This document shows positions 50,309 to 63,200 of a stretch of DNA of 64,000 nt, one piece after another. Both the position numbers and the translations under genes were made by a program. Every line of letters starts with the position of its first letter. Positions within the stretch are counted from its first letter, which is position 1. The notes beneath the pieces were generated by a model that did not search any database, had not been told where the DNA came from, and saw nothing but the letters and a program-made list of their open reading frames with translations. The DNA comes from Octopus bimaculoides (Eukaryota), in the NCBI RefSeq assembly GCF_001194135.2, contig NC_068990.1:57215495-57279494 (forward strand). The letters run 5' to 3'.

Positions 50309-51030
50309 CAAAACACAAACAACTTGAGATAATATGTGTATGGGGAGAAGGTGTTAGCAAAATGTAGAGTGTGTAGAATTTGGGATGAAGCAGTGGCACA
50401 CATTTTTGCAGAATGTTCCAAGTTATCTCAGGGAAAATATAAGGAATGAGGCATGACCAAGTTGTGGAAGTTTTGCACTAGAAGCTTTGTCAGAAACGGG
50501 GATCTGAAGCTGGACATATTTGTTATAATCGTTGGGTTGAAAGTGAGCTGGAGTGGGAGAAATGTAAAATTTTATGGGATTTTCCAATTCAAACAGTTAA
50601 GAAGCTAGAAAATAATAGACAAGGAAAAGCGAAGTTGTTCACTAATTTATTCATTATGTCCATTTGATTTCAGGATAGTAAAGAAAGAAGATGAAAACTT
50701 AAAAAGTACAATCTTTTAAACTTTGAAATTTTAAGAATATGGAGTAAGAAAACATTAAAGGTTGTGCCTATAATAATTGGTATATTAGAAACTGTGAGTA
50801 GTGATATGGTAAATGGGTGGAGGAGATTGGATTAGAATGTCCTGTAGAGTTTCTATAGTAACTTTGCATCTTAAGGACAGGAAAGATTATCAGAAGGGTT
50901 TTGAGTGCTTGAAAGATTAATGAAAGTTTGTGGATACGTAAGTTTACAGGTAGTAACCTGCTACCAACATAAATTCTTCCAGGAATAGGAAAAAACCTGA
51001 GTAAAACTGAATAATGATAATAATAATAAT
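50077..51030 (+). mobile_element. Two tandem 3' fragments of an RLE-type (R4/Dong-like) non-LTR element, separated and flanked by (AAT)n
   Basis: 50077-50223: IGALGTISKRAIFWHQKLQIQNSIGSIQLAAILGTAHVLRKML. 50310-50915: KCRVCRIWDEAVAHIFAECSKLSQGKYKE*RHDQV (CCHC + RHD), KILWDFPIQT, KVVPIIIG. These are hallmark motifs of the restriction-like endonuclease C-terminus. Confidence 0.85.
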
Positions 51031-51208
51031 TCTTTCTACTACAGGCACAAGGCCTGAAAATTTTTAGGGTATAGGGCTAATGTATAACTGGTACTTACTT
51101 CATCAACCCCAAAAGGACAAAAGGCAAAGTCGACCTTGGGAGGATTTGAACTCAGAATGTAAAGACAGATGAAATGCCACCCAGCATATTAACAGTTCTA
51201 CTAGCTCA
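51030..51208 (-). mobile_element. SINE family B
   Basis: TTCTTTCTACTACAGGCACAAGGCCTGAAA..AAGGCAAAGTCGACCTT..ATTTGAACTCAGAATGTAAAG. Confidence 0.8.
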
Positions 51209-51439
51209 TGGTGATCAAGATGATGATAGTGAAGATGATAATGATATATATANNNNNNNNNNNNNNNNNNNNNNNNNNNNNNNNNNNNNNNNNNNNNNNN
51301 NNNNNNNNNNNNNNNNNNNNNNNNNNNTATATAAATAACAGAAAGTAGATTCTTTGCAAATAGAGATCAAAATCTAGTTTCAATTCCTGGTTCACCTTAT
51401 TTCATTTCACTTGCATGATTTATTTTAATTTTATTTATG

Positions 51440-51738
51440 CACCCTTTTCAAGCCTAGCCAGGAACATGGGCTCGGTTTCCCGGTTTCTATGGTGTATGCA
51501 TTCCCCCAGCTGGACAGGATGCCAGTCCATCGCAGCATTACTCAAGAAACAGGAAGAAAGAGTAAGAGAAAGTTGGGGCGAAAGAGTACAACAGGGGTCA
51601 CCACCACCCACTGCTGGAGCCTCGTGGAGCTTTAGGCGTTTTCGCTCAATAAACACACACAATGCCCAGTCTGGGAATGAAAACCACAATCCTCCGACCG
51701 CGAGTTTGCTGCCCTAACCACTGGGCCATTGCGCCTCC
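51440..51738 (-). mobile_element. tRNA-derived SINE with family C head and a different 3' body
   Basis: 51545-51738 is the reverse complement of 35429-35622. The remainder carries GCGATGGACTGGCATCCTGTCCAG instead of the family C tail. Confidence 0.88.
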
Positions 51739-52577
51739 TGCATGATTTATAGTTAGTACAATCAATAGCAGATTGAAGTACTGCTGTAATTTTCAGTGGT
51801 TCCTGTACATCACTAATCATATATCATAAATTAGCTTAACCTGCTACATTAAAGTCATCTTAAGGACTGCATTTTAATCAGCCCTTGACTACTTTTAGTG
51901 GGATTTGGGTCGCTGGTCGATGGATAACTGACTCCCATATTACTATCAGCTTCAAAACCCTTGGAAAACGTCATTTGCATTGAATTTTCTTCTTTGCTGC
52001 TGACTAAAATTTAATTTTTTTTTTTTCAAAAATGTTAAAAACCCTTTAACAGATTTTATTACTGGAAAGAAGACAATACAATTTGATGGTATCACTTCCA
52101 TTACAACTAACCTCCAGAAACCTCTTTACCCCATTTCAGAAATTAATAAGATTAAACCCACATCAGTAGATTCAAAACACATAAAAAGGGATCTTCTACT
52201 ACAATACTTAAAACTGTAAGTAGTACCAGCTAGATCCCACTATAAGCTCACGTAGTAATTTCTTACAAAAAGCAAGACGTTAGCTTGTTGCCTTATATCT
52301 GAAATGAAAATGAGTCATGGCTGGTGTGCATTTAATCCCATTTCCTTGTGATCATGACTTGACCTGGGGTTTTGCAGAAATATTACAAGAAAACATTACT
52401 GAACATCGTGGGATTCCATAATCATGTATATAAGTTTAAAAGTTGTATTTTTCTCTCTTTATATGTGTGTCTTGGTGACTCCTTGCCTTGATAATTGTAA
52501 ATGTGTGTCACCATCAGGCAAAGAGTGTCCTTTGTTTTCAACCTTTCATGGAAATATATCTGTTCATAGGAAAATAT

Positions 52578-52795
52578 CCTTTTCTACTCTAGGCACAAGA
52601 CCTGAAATTTTTGGGGAGTGGGGGCCAGTCAAATAGATCAGCCCAGTATGCAACTGGTACTTACTTTATTGATCCCAAAAGGATGAAAGATAAAGTCGAC
52701 CTCAGTGGAATTTAAACTCAGAACGTGAAGATAGACAAAATACCACTAAGCATTTTGTGTGGCATGCTAACATTTCTGCCAGCTCACCACCTTTA
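52578..52795 (-). mobile_element. SINE family B
   Basis: CTAGGCACAAGACCTGAAATT..ACTGGTACTTACTTTATTGATCCC..AAAGTCGACCTCAGTGGAATTTAAACTCAGAACG..CTGCCAGCTCACCACCTT. Confidence 0.85.
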
Positions 52796-52819
52796 AAAGG
52801 TCTTAAGAAAATATCAAAA

Positions 52820-52955
52820 ATCCACTCACAAAGCTTAGGGTAGCCTTAGACTATAGCAAAAGGCACTCACCCAATGTGTCACAAAGTGGGACTGAACTCA
52901 GAACCATGTTTTTGGGAAGCAAACTTCTTACCATAAAGCCACACCCACACCTTTA
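52820..52955 (-). mobile_element. SINE-like family A, 5' half
   Basis: AAATCCACTCACAAAGC..GTGGGACTGAACTCAGAACCATG..GGAAGCAAACTTCTTACCA. Confidence 0.8.
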
Positions 52956-53570
52956 TTCAATAATTAAGATTGCAACACACATGCTGGTTTAAGTTTGAAA
53001 AAGAACCAGTCCATCCTAGTTACATTATTTAAGGAAAGCAACACATCTTAATATTATGAAGCTCATGATGCATCTGTGTTTCTTTTGCTGTTTCTTGTTT
53101 GAAATTCGTACTTTTAATATCTAATAACATGGTAAACTAGGGAAGAGTTATACAAATTTTCACCATCATATGAGGTAAAATTCATATNNNNNNNNNNATT
53201 CGTACTTTTAATATCTAATAACATGGTAAACTAGGGAAGAGTTATACAAATTTTCACCATCATATGAGGTAAAATTCATATGGTTATAAATCAAACTGAG
53301 GCCAAAGAACTAGTTTAAAGGAGATATTGGGGGGGGGGGAGTTCACTAACTAATAAATACTGGTTTCACATTTTGGTAAAATCCCAGTAGTTTCAGGTGA
53401 GTGGGTAAGTTAATTACATCGACCCCATTGCTCAACTGGTACTTATTTTATCGACTCCAAAAGGATACAATGCAAAGCTGACATCAGCAGAACTTGAATC
53501 CAGAAAGTAAAGATGATCATCTTGTCCCACGTGCTAAAGGTGAGCAGCTTGTCCGGCATGCTAACGATTC

Positions 53571-53803
53571 TTATTTCTTTATTGCCCACAAGGGGCTAAA
53601 CATAGAGGGGACAAACAAGAACAGACAAACGGATTAAGTCGATTACATCGACCCCGGTACGTAACTGGTACTTAATTTATCGACCCCGAAAGGATGAAAG
53701 GCAAAGTCGACCTGGGCGGAATATGAACTCAGAATGTAATGGCAGACGAAATACCGCTAAGCATTTCGCCTGGCGTGCTAACGTTTCTGCCAGTTCGCTG
53801 CCT
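53571..53803 (-). mobile_element. Young SINE-B copy inserted into an older SINE-B (~53355-53835)
   Basis: CpG-rich copy bounded by a 16-bp imperfect TSD: GGCATGCTAACGATTC (53555-53570) and GGCATGCTAATAATTC (53804-53819). The flanks are themselves SINE-B sequence in the same orientation. Confidence 0.9.
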
Positions 53804-54289
53804 GGCATGCTAATAATTCTGCCAGCTGACAACCTTCATTAATTTACAAATGTTGAGAAAAACCTCTACTATATATAGGAAGCTGAATTGGAGTCACATA
53901 CAATAATCACCTATAACGAGATGCATTTGGTTAAACAGAAACACAGCTAACTTTTTTTGTTATCACATTTGCATGAAAACGAGGTTTGTAACTAGTTGTA
54001 ATGAATCATAGAGTGTATAATATGAAAGAAATTTGTTTACTTCATATTTTCTGTCATTTAACCAAGGGATAGGACAGCACCCATCATCTTTTACAGGGTC
54101 ACTGATATTGTTGGAAAGAAGAATGGCAAGAATTCTCAAGCCAATGACTTAGTTCAAATGCAGAATAGACTCATTTAAATGCTCCTAAGAACCATCCAAG
54201 TTGACCCTTGCTAGTTTAGAACCTTGAGTAATATAACTTATCATTTGAATTTCTACAATATATAAGTATGAAATATTGAATTAAAATGT

Positions 54290-54495
54290 TAAGGTGGTGA
54301 GCTGACAGACTCATTACAGCACCAGGCAAAATGCTTTGCAGCATTTCATCTGTCTTTCCATTCTGAGTTCAAATTTGCTTTTCATCCATTTGGGGTTAAT
54401 GAAATAAGTACTACTTGAGAACTGGGGTCAATGTAATTGACTTACTTCCTCCACCAAAATTGCTGGCCTTGTGCCAAAATTTGAAACCAATATTA
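54290..54495 (+). mobile_element. SINE family B
   Basis: TTAAGGTGGTGAGCTGACAGACTCATTACAGCACCAGGCAAAATGC..TTCTGAGTTCAAATT..GGCCTTGTGCCAAAATTTGAAACC. Confidence 0.85.
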
Positions 54496-57225
54496 AATTA
54501 AAATGTTAAGTCAGTCTTCATCTAACTATTAATTATTGGTCAGTCTGCATGTGTGCAAGTGTGTGTGTGTGTATGTGTGTGTTTGCGTGTGTGTGCGTGT
54601 GTGTGTGTGTGTGTGTGAGTGTGCATGCATATGTGTTTGTATGTCTGCATGTGCATGTGCATTTCAAAGCCTGCAGCATCAATTACACATGTACACAAAC
54701 ACACATACTTACATGCATACATAAATGCATACATAAATACGTATGTACATAAATATGCATGTACATACATATACACACACATATATACATACATACATAC
54801 GTATTACATATATACTTACATATATATTTCTTAAGTGAAGTGAATTATTACTAAAAGATTTTGATAAAGAAAAGCTATTTTGCAACCGTATGTGTTTGCT
54901 TACATCCTATATTTCAAGTGCAATAACAATATTTAAACAAAGTTAAGCAAACAGTCTATCCATCTAAAAGGTGTAAGAATGTAAACAAAATAAAATAAAC
55001 TCAAGTGGTTTGTTCTAAAGATTATTTCACTGCATGTTTAAAGGAAGCAAACAATTTTTGCTCATCAAATCTGATTTGATTGCCTTATAATGTCAACTAC
55101 TTTGATTGCGTACAAAAGGGACAAGTGTGAAGGTATTCATGAAATTACTCTGTGTTTGCAGGAACAAATGTCAAGTTGACATTTGTGGGTGGGGTATGGG
55201 ACTGAACGACTTGACAATATGGGCTTAAAACCCAATGATTGCAAAAGGAAATAACTTAGTAGTCATATCCCAAAGCACTTTGGAATTTGTAATGCAGAAT
55301 ATTGCAGCCGTTTGAACAAGTGATACACTTCGCAGCTCACTGGCACAGACCAGCGGCAAATAATCAATTTTCTCATCAACCATTAACTGAAGCCCCATTG
55401 TAGGGAAGCTGAGTATGCTGCCATCTTTTTGGTATTACTATTAACATCTCATTATACACTGCCATTAGTGTCTTTGTCTCAGCTTATTTCTGTGTAGTTC
55501 ATAACTAACTTTGATAAATCAGTTACTAGTGTACTGTAATGGTTTTGGTTTATCCACTTGATGGGTTAAGGATACTTTTTTCCCCTTGTAATTTATTACT
55601 ATCACTGATGTAAATTAATGACTAATTCCTTGTGATGAGGAATTTACCTAGACTACTAACTAAAGCTATTTGTAGCTGCATAATTAATTACATACCAAGA
55701 TAATCTGATTACCAATCAACTGAGAGATGGGGTTTTTGTAGCAGGAGAAGTAATGGTATTTTTATCTGTGGAATCACAAGAGAAACCAATGAACTAATCC
55801 TTAATTGAATGTGGAGGGAATGATTTTATTCAGTTAACTCATAGTACTTTTACCTATTAGGTTTATTACAGGATCTGATAAATTAATCTCTAAACAACAG
55901 TAAAATGAAGAATTACATTGCAGAGCGATGAATGTTATTTTTAACTATGTATTTCGCTCACATTTTGTCATCAAAATTAAACAAAGCTTGAAGCATATGA
56001 GAAAAGTCATATGCATAGACCTATATTTACACACACATTTCTATCTTCAGCTATTGTAAGATATTTCTATACCATACATACATAACCTGTAAGAAATTTA
56101 ACATGTATGAAATTTTGGTACAATATAGATACTGTAATATAATACAGGAAAGAATTTCCTGGACCAACACTGTACTGTGGTTATTTCCTCCCCGTCCCCC
56201 GACAACTCCCTTATTGTATTTCTATTGCCCATACGTCCTGTCTATAAGTTAAACAATATCAGCATAGTGAAAGCTACCAATTTCGGCACTAGTCACTAAG
56301 AACTAAAGAGAGAGGTTATTAGATTTGTCAGAGATAAGTTAATATTAGCCTCAAAGCCAAAATTATCACCATTCATGGTTTTCAGAAGAAAGCGTAAATT
56401 TAATAAGAGTTTAGAGAAAAAGTTTGTCTTTATTCAGAAAATAAAACTCTCAAGAAGAATATGAAGAGTAGTTCAAAGACTGAAACAAAATTTTCTGTAG
56501 CTCATAGTCCTTTGTAGGATATTAGCAGTCATAATAAATCTAACAAACACCAGAAAGATTTCAATATGACCAACTGAAGTAAATCAGTTATATCAATTTT
56601 CAGAGACTTGAGATGCAAGATTTCAATTACTTTTTCTAGTTGTAGAAACTACAAATATAAACAAAATTGTAGAATTGGAGTTACATATGTATGCACAATT
56701 ATAGAAGTAGGGAAGCTTGCTGTTCATCAAAATTTATAAATAATTTTAATCAAAAACTGAGTTACACTGATACTAACACCAAAGGCATTATCTATACATA
56801 AAATTTCTTCAGCTGCAAAATAAATTAAGAGTTATTCTAGTGAAAATAATTCTATTTATATATTCTTCCCCAGATATTTTCAATTACTTTGTGATATTGA
56901 TGTTTCCTGTTTTAAGCCTTAAAAAGTTATTAACATGTTTAAAATGAAAATCATCAATTTGTAATTTAATATATTTCAATAATTTCTGACTAAAATAATT
57001 CCTCTTATTAACCCTTTTAAATGTTATAATCGTTAAATATATAACTTTATTGTTACACTTTATAAAAGTTTGGAAAATTTTTGATGCTGTGTGATAAAAA
57101 ATAGGAAAAACAAAGACCTTCATCCTTGTCTTTTATTCAATTTAACATTCGCTTCCCTTTCTCATCTGTTTCATGAGTTTTTAAAACAGTGTCATCACCG
57201 TCCTCATCACTACAACCAGCACCCA

Positions 57226-57262
<37 letters not shown>

Positions 57263-57677
57263 CCAACATTATCATTGGCAATCCGATTTTCCAGGCTGGT
57301 ATGGGATGGACAGGATTTTCTGAGGCAGTATAGTTATGACGAATATCTATTGCATCAGCCAACGTGAGAGTCTTTTATCTTGTCCCTTGACCAGCAATCA
57401 AGTCTTCTTCAAATCAAACCCTACTGTCTTAAAGCAGAATGCATTAGATAATGGGTTCCTATGTGCTCTGTACATAAGAAAATGATAAAAGATGATGATA
57501 AAGATGTTTTTGGTCATAAGAAAAACTGGATGCCTTTCCTGTCTCCAATCTTTTTAGATACTTCCTATGCCATGCAAGGGCATAGTGTATCTATTCTGAA
57601 ACTGGGATACACACAGTAATGAGTTTTTAATGTATCATCTCTCTATTAGACTTGATACAACATTATCTTGTTATTAA

Positions 57678-57878
57678 CCATTTAGTATTCAGATTACTCT
57701 GTCAAATGCAATGCTTATTTATTCACATTGTTTTGAACTAATCCTGCATTTTGATGAGATATTGAGGAGATAACTGTTAATTTTTTAATGATATTGTTGG
57801 TTTGGTGTGAGAGGCCAAATCTGGCCAGTTTGAGCATAAAACAGCTGGAATATTTTGGCCGGTTTAAATGCTAAAGGG
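57678..57878. mobile_element. TTAA-site MITE (piggyBac-like termini)
   Basis: TTAA CCATTTAGTATT ... AATGCTAAAGGG TTA(T). Third copy of the family. Confidence 0.8.
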
Positions 57879-59337
57879 TTATACTAACTATTCCCAGATA
57901 TGAGCCTGCCATGTTTTTTACTTAAGTCATTACTTTTCGACCAGGGTCCATGTAGGAAGTTGTTATTGAAGTTTATGTGCAGTAAATTGGTTATTCTTCT
58001 ACAATACACAAAATATTTTAACAGTTTTTTGATACACTTTCTAATGATATTTTAATTATTAAAATATAACAGAAATTTATTTAATATTGATTGGGTACAA
58101 GGGTTCAGTAGAGTAAAATAGGTATTAAAGAGGTCCATAGGTAAAAACTGGTTTAGAACCACAGACTCAGGTCAACTTGAGCCTAGCATGATTGTTGCTA
58201 CTCGCTACTGTTAACCCATATAACTGGTTTCCCAAATATACGTTATCTATTTGCATTGCATGTTCATACCATCACTTCTGGCTCCCTTGAACACTCTGGA
58301 AAATCTGTTTTACATCCTGTCTCTTTCACTCATTTTCTTTCGTAAATTAACATTGCAAATCCAACAGATTGCATGAATGTTATTTCTGTCTGAATAACTA
58401 GATCAATAGAACCTATACTGAATGTAAACTTCTTGTCATTTCTGTTGGGCCTACTGACTTGTTTATATGATCATTATACAACTTTCACTCATTGTTTGAA
58501 GTATTTTACAGAATGTATAATTTCTAGTCCTCTCTTCAAAACATTTATTACTTGAGTCAACATGGAAACATCATATATTGTCACTTGACCTGTTAGAAAT
58601 ACCAGCAAAAATCTTCTTCAAATTATATCCTATGCTCTTTAGACAGAACATATTAGAGAATGGGTTCCTGAGGCACTCTGTGCATAAGAAAAGATAAAGG
58701 GTGATGGTGAAGATGTTTTTTGCCATAGTTCTACTTGGTGAACACAGATTTGGTGCTAAATAGCAACAACAATAACAATGGCAGCTGCTTTTTTTAAAAA
58801 TAGTATCTACAGATTTTTAGCTACAGTTCTTATTATCTATGTAAGCTTTACCTTATTTTGTGAGGGTTCTTTGATACAGATTGAATCTCCATGAAATAGA
58901 ATTCTTATCTCTGTAAATGCAATTTTGATTAAGGTTCTCAAAACAATTAAATGAATATAATGTAAATTTGGTAAATGTTCAAGAAAAATATCTAAAAAAA
59001 ATTTAAAGAATTAACCAAAGCAATGATGAAGTAAGGAAAACAATTGTAATGCAATTCATATTTTCATAAATTCTATAGGTGCAACAGTTTGTGCCAATTT
59101 TAAGGAGGAAAAATATTTTGCCCAAATTTCTTTAAACTAAGGAAGAACACTGGGTAAGGCCTATTTAAAAACTCTTTTTATTTTCTTTTTTTTTGTGTAA
59201 AATATATTTGATTAAAAGTCAGAGTACAAGAGAATATTTTGCAACCAAATAATTTAGCTTCTCAAATAAAAAAGAACATCTGTTATACATACTTGTAGGG
59301 AGATTTCTAAAAACAAAAACACAAAAAGAGACTAATG

Positions 59338-59465
59338 GAATAAGTATAAAACTTTACAAAAATAAGCACTGGGGTTGTTGATTCATTTGAATGAAATTCT
59401 TCAAGGTGGTGCCCCAGCATGGCTGCTGTCTAGTGATTAAAACAAGTAAAAGTTAAAAGACAAAA
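59338..59465 (+). mobile_element. SINE-like family A, 3' end
   Basis: AAATAAGCACTGGGGTTG..AAGGTGGTGCCCCAGCATGGC..AAACAAGTAAAAG. Confidence 0.75.
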
Positions 59466-60409
59466 GATTATAATGAAAATAGTTATTTATAGACCAAATA
59501 ACTATAAATAACTATATACAATATTGTGACTGTCTACTTGTTATAACACCCTGATAAAAAGTGGATTTAAAATGCCACTTAAAGTATATGCAAGCTAAGT
59601 ATTGTAACAGTGAAATGTAATAAAAAAAGCTTTTAAATATACACTAATTATATTAAAACAACCACGGTGCTTAAATACTTATTTAAGAATCATTTTAATG
59701 ATTTATATATTTTTCTTGTCAGTTTTCATTTTCAATGATACATCTTTCATTGTGATTTTTGTATGTTATTTTATATATATTTTTTATATCACAAATTATA
59801 TTTCTTTAAAAACACCATGTAATCATTTATTGAAGCAGGAATATCAATTATTCATATCATATCTCAAGTCATAGTCTATGTTCACTACAGCCTCTGTATT
59901 CTATAGATATGGTTTTCAGTCAATTGGTGTCAAGAACAGAAATTTAAGGGATTTGCTATGTTATAGAAATTGCATTAAGCCAAATAACATACAACAATGT
60001 AAAAATAAAACTATAACAAAATAAAATGCAATAAATAAATAAAGAAAGAAAAATTCTATAAAACCAAAAACAACATAGCAAACTTAAGCAGCCAACCAAA
60101 GAATGTATGCATGAATAAATAAATAATCGTACAGGAAAAAGAAAACATGAAAATATTGGAAATAAAAATAAGAGATTTTAAAGTGAAGTGTTTTGATCTG
60201 GATAAAGAAGTCAGCGTTGGTGCTGTGCAACGCAGAGGCAGATTATTTCTTATAATCTCACAGCTCAAAGGAATAATATTTTCTGGAAGATAAAAACTGT
60301 GGAAACGCAATAACTTTACTATATAACATGGTCAGTCACATAGTAAGTCTCAAGAGCCGACGCCAAGATGTTCGTTTCTAGAGCTTTAGTGATCATATTT
60401 TCTTCCCAA

Positions 60410-60472
<63 letters not shown>

Positions 60473-60847
60473 TATATACATATAAATATATATACATATT
60501 TACAAATACATATATATATGTATATATATACACACATATATGTCTGTATATATAAATGTGTATATATACATATATATGTATATATATATATGCATATGTG
60601 TGTGTGTATGTATGTGTGTGTGTTATAAACCTTAAGGTAGCTTTGATGTGTTCAAATAAAGATTTAGTAGATTAGAGATTGATATTTAAAAACAAAGAGA
60701 TTAAAAAAATACATGCAAACGAGAGAAGAAAATAAAACAAAACCAAAAAAGAGAAAAAATGAAAATAAGTATAAACAATAAGGACAGACAGACAGATAGA
60801 CAGACAAACAGTTAGACAGACAGACAGTTAGACAGACAGATAGACAA

Positions 60848-60883
<36 letters not shown>

Positions 60884-61149
60884 ATAGATAAATAGATAAA
60901 TAGATAGACAGACAGATAGAGAGAGAGGCAGAAAGAGAGAGAGAAAGAAAGGAGAAAAAGAAAGAAGTAATAAAAAGAATGTTATGTGAAATGGAGAAGA
61001 AAAGTAAATGAAAACAACAGTGAGGGAGGTAAAGTGTGTGTGTGTGAATATGTGTGTGAGTGTGTAATATATATATGCACTCACACATACATATATGCAT
61101 ATACATATTCATATATATATATGTACACACACACATACATATATATGTG

Positions 61150-61181
<32 letters not shown>

Positions 61182-61330
61182 ATGTATATTTATATATATA
61201 ATGTATAGATATTTATATAAATAAATACATACATACACATATGTGCATACATATGTATATACATATATTGTGAAAAATACAGTAAAATATGTATGTATTG
61301 TAATCTTGAGAGAGAGACAGAGAGAGAAAG
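60410..61330. repeat. Compound microsatellite field: (TA)n, (AGAC/AGAT)n, (TG)/(CA)n
   Basis: Directly visible simple repeats. They account for the YIYI/LSIY ORFs listed here. Confidence 0.9.
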
Positions 61331-62566
61331 AGAGATGTGAGATGAGAGATATGAGGAATTGGAAGATGAAGAAAGGGAGTAAAGAATGGGGAAAGGGGAG
61401 AGAAGAAGATATAAGGATATATAGATAGGGAAGGAGAGGGAAGCAGGTTTGTGTGGGATCTGAACATGAAGGATTAGATGGGTCGTGACTTCTTTCAGTC
61501 AAGCATAACATGATTAAACCATGCAATGTGATATAATAGAAACTGCGCCTGCAGAGAGCTAGTGGGAGGGAGGTGTGAAGGGAAAAGGATTATATAAAAG
61601 GGGGAATGGGTACAATCTATGAGGTGGTGAAGCTGAGGGGTAAAAGAGAAGTTAGAGAGAAAAATCTGAATAGATTCAGTCATGTGGTTATATCTGTCTG
61701 CTTGCATACACATGCACATGTATGCACACTCAGAGAAAAATACACAAACATATAGATATGAACTGATACACATGCATGCAAGCACATGCATACTCAGCCA
61801 CACACATTCAGATAAAATCGTACTCACTCACTGATATACACAAACATAAATGCATGAGTACACTTGCATTCACAAACATACACATTTACAAACACATACA
61901 TATTGTAAGCTTGCATGCAGGCGTACATATGTTCATATGCATGTACATTACATATTCAATGTATTCATTTATGCAGTGATTTACAACGGTAAAAAATGCA
62001 CGTCATTTTTGCAAAGGTGCTCACAAACACACACACAGACATGCCCACAGAGAATTACATTGTCACTAAGAAATACACACAACATAAAACACTACATATA
62101 TACACACATTTATATATTTATCATGTAGAGAACACTGAATACATTAACACTGCTTAATATTGAAAAATTGGCAAAAACCTTAATTTTGACATCAAAATTA
62201 ATAATCAATTTTTGGTATTTTATTATGTATTATAGTACTTTATACATTGTACCAATGACTTAATATTTTTGTCCATTGTAAATTATATAGATTCTTATGA
62301 TTTTGTTTCATCTAATATCTCCACATTTTTATCAAAGACAAAATATTATGATAAAATACCAGAATTATAACAGAGGGGTGATAGTCAGCTGTTTTGTTTT
62401 CGTTCTTGTTTTTCTTTTTTTCCTTAGGACTGTAAGGAATGTATTGTGGCCTTTGTCAATCCAAGTCTTCTGATACTTGGCTAACGAATGTCATTTATAT
62501 TCTGCTTAAACTGTTGCAAGTTGGTGAATGTAGAAAAAACATGTGCAGGAGTAGAATTACGGAAGG

Positions 62567-62850
62567 TTAGTTTCTGAGAAAAAAGGACTGAGTATATTGA
62601 TTAGGCTGAACTTGCAGGGCAGACATCAAAATCTGGATAATGTTGATGCATGAATTGGAAGTGCCTTTGAGGAAGTAGAATGATAGCAGCCAGTTCCAAG
62701 GAACAGAGATCATTGCAGTATTGATAGAAAAGACAGAAATTGAAGCTAGTATATCCGTGGTCATTTTGAGAGTTTGGTGAGAGACAATTTTACCAGCAGA
62801 AGTATCAATAAAATATGCAGCAAGCTCCCAAAAAACAAGTACTGGGATTA
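62567..62850 (-). mobile_element. Possible ancient CR1-like ORF2 endonuclease/tether fragment
   Basis: About 95 open codons including KIVSHQTL..ILASISV..ISVPWNWLLSF..SCINIIQILMSALQV, loosely like the CR1 SDH.LISV...FPW....F region. Weak similarity. Confidence 0.3.
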
Positions 62851-63200
62851 CTTATTAAAAAAATAAGTAAGGGGTTGATTTGTTCAACTACACTCAAGAT
62901 GTTACCTCAGTAAACAGTGAGTGAAATAGATATAGTATAAAAGATGGTCGCCATCTAGTAAATTTCACTCAGAAGGGTTTCATCAAACTGACACTATGGT
63001 AGAAGACACTCGAATAAAATCACACTGAAATTGAACCCGAAAAATGTGGTTACCAGTTAAACTTCATAACCACATAGCCATTGCCTGTATCATGGATACA
63101 TTGATTTTTAAAATTATAACGTTTTGAAGGAATTATAATAATGAAAAAAACTTTCTGTGGTATTATAATTTTATAAATTATAGTACTTTACACATTATCA

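Noticed and set aside
53104-53281. Exact 84-bp direct repeat
   Set aside because: The two copies flank a 10-N gap and are identical; unmerged contig overlap.
56445-56520. Plus-strand exon-like ENKTLKKNMKSSSKTETKFSVAHSPL*
   Set aside because: Short, A-rich, no donor, no supporting context.
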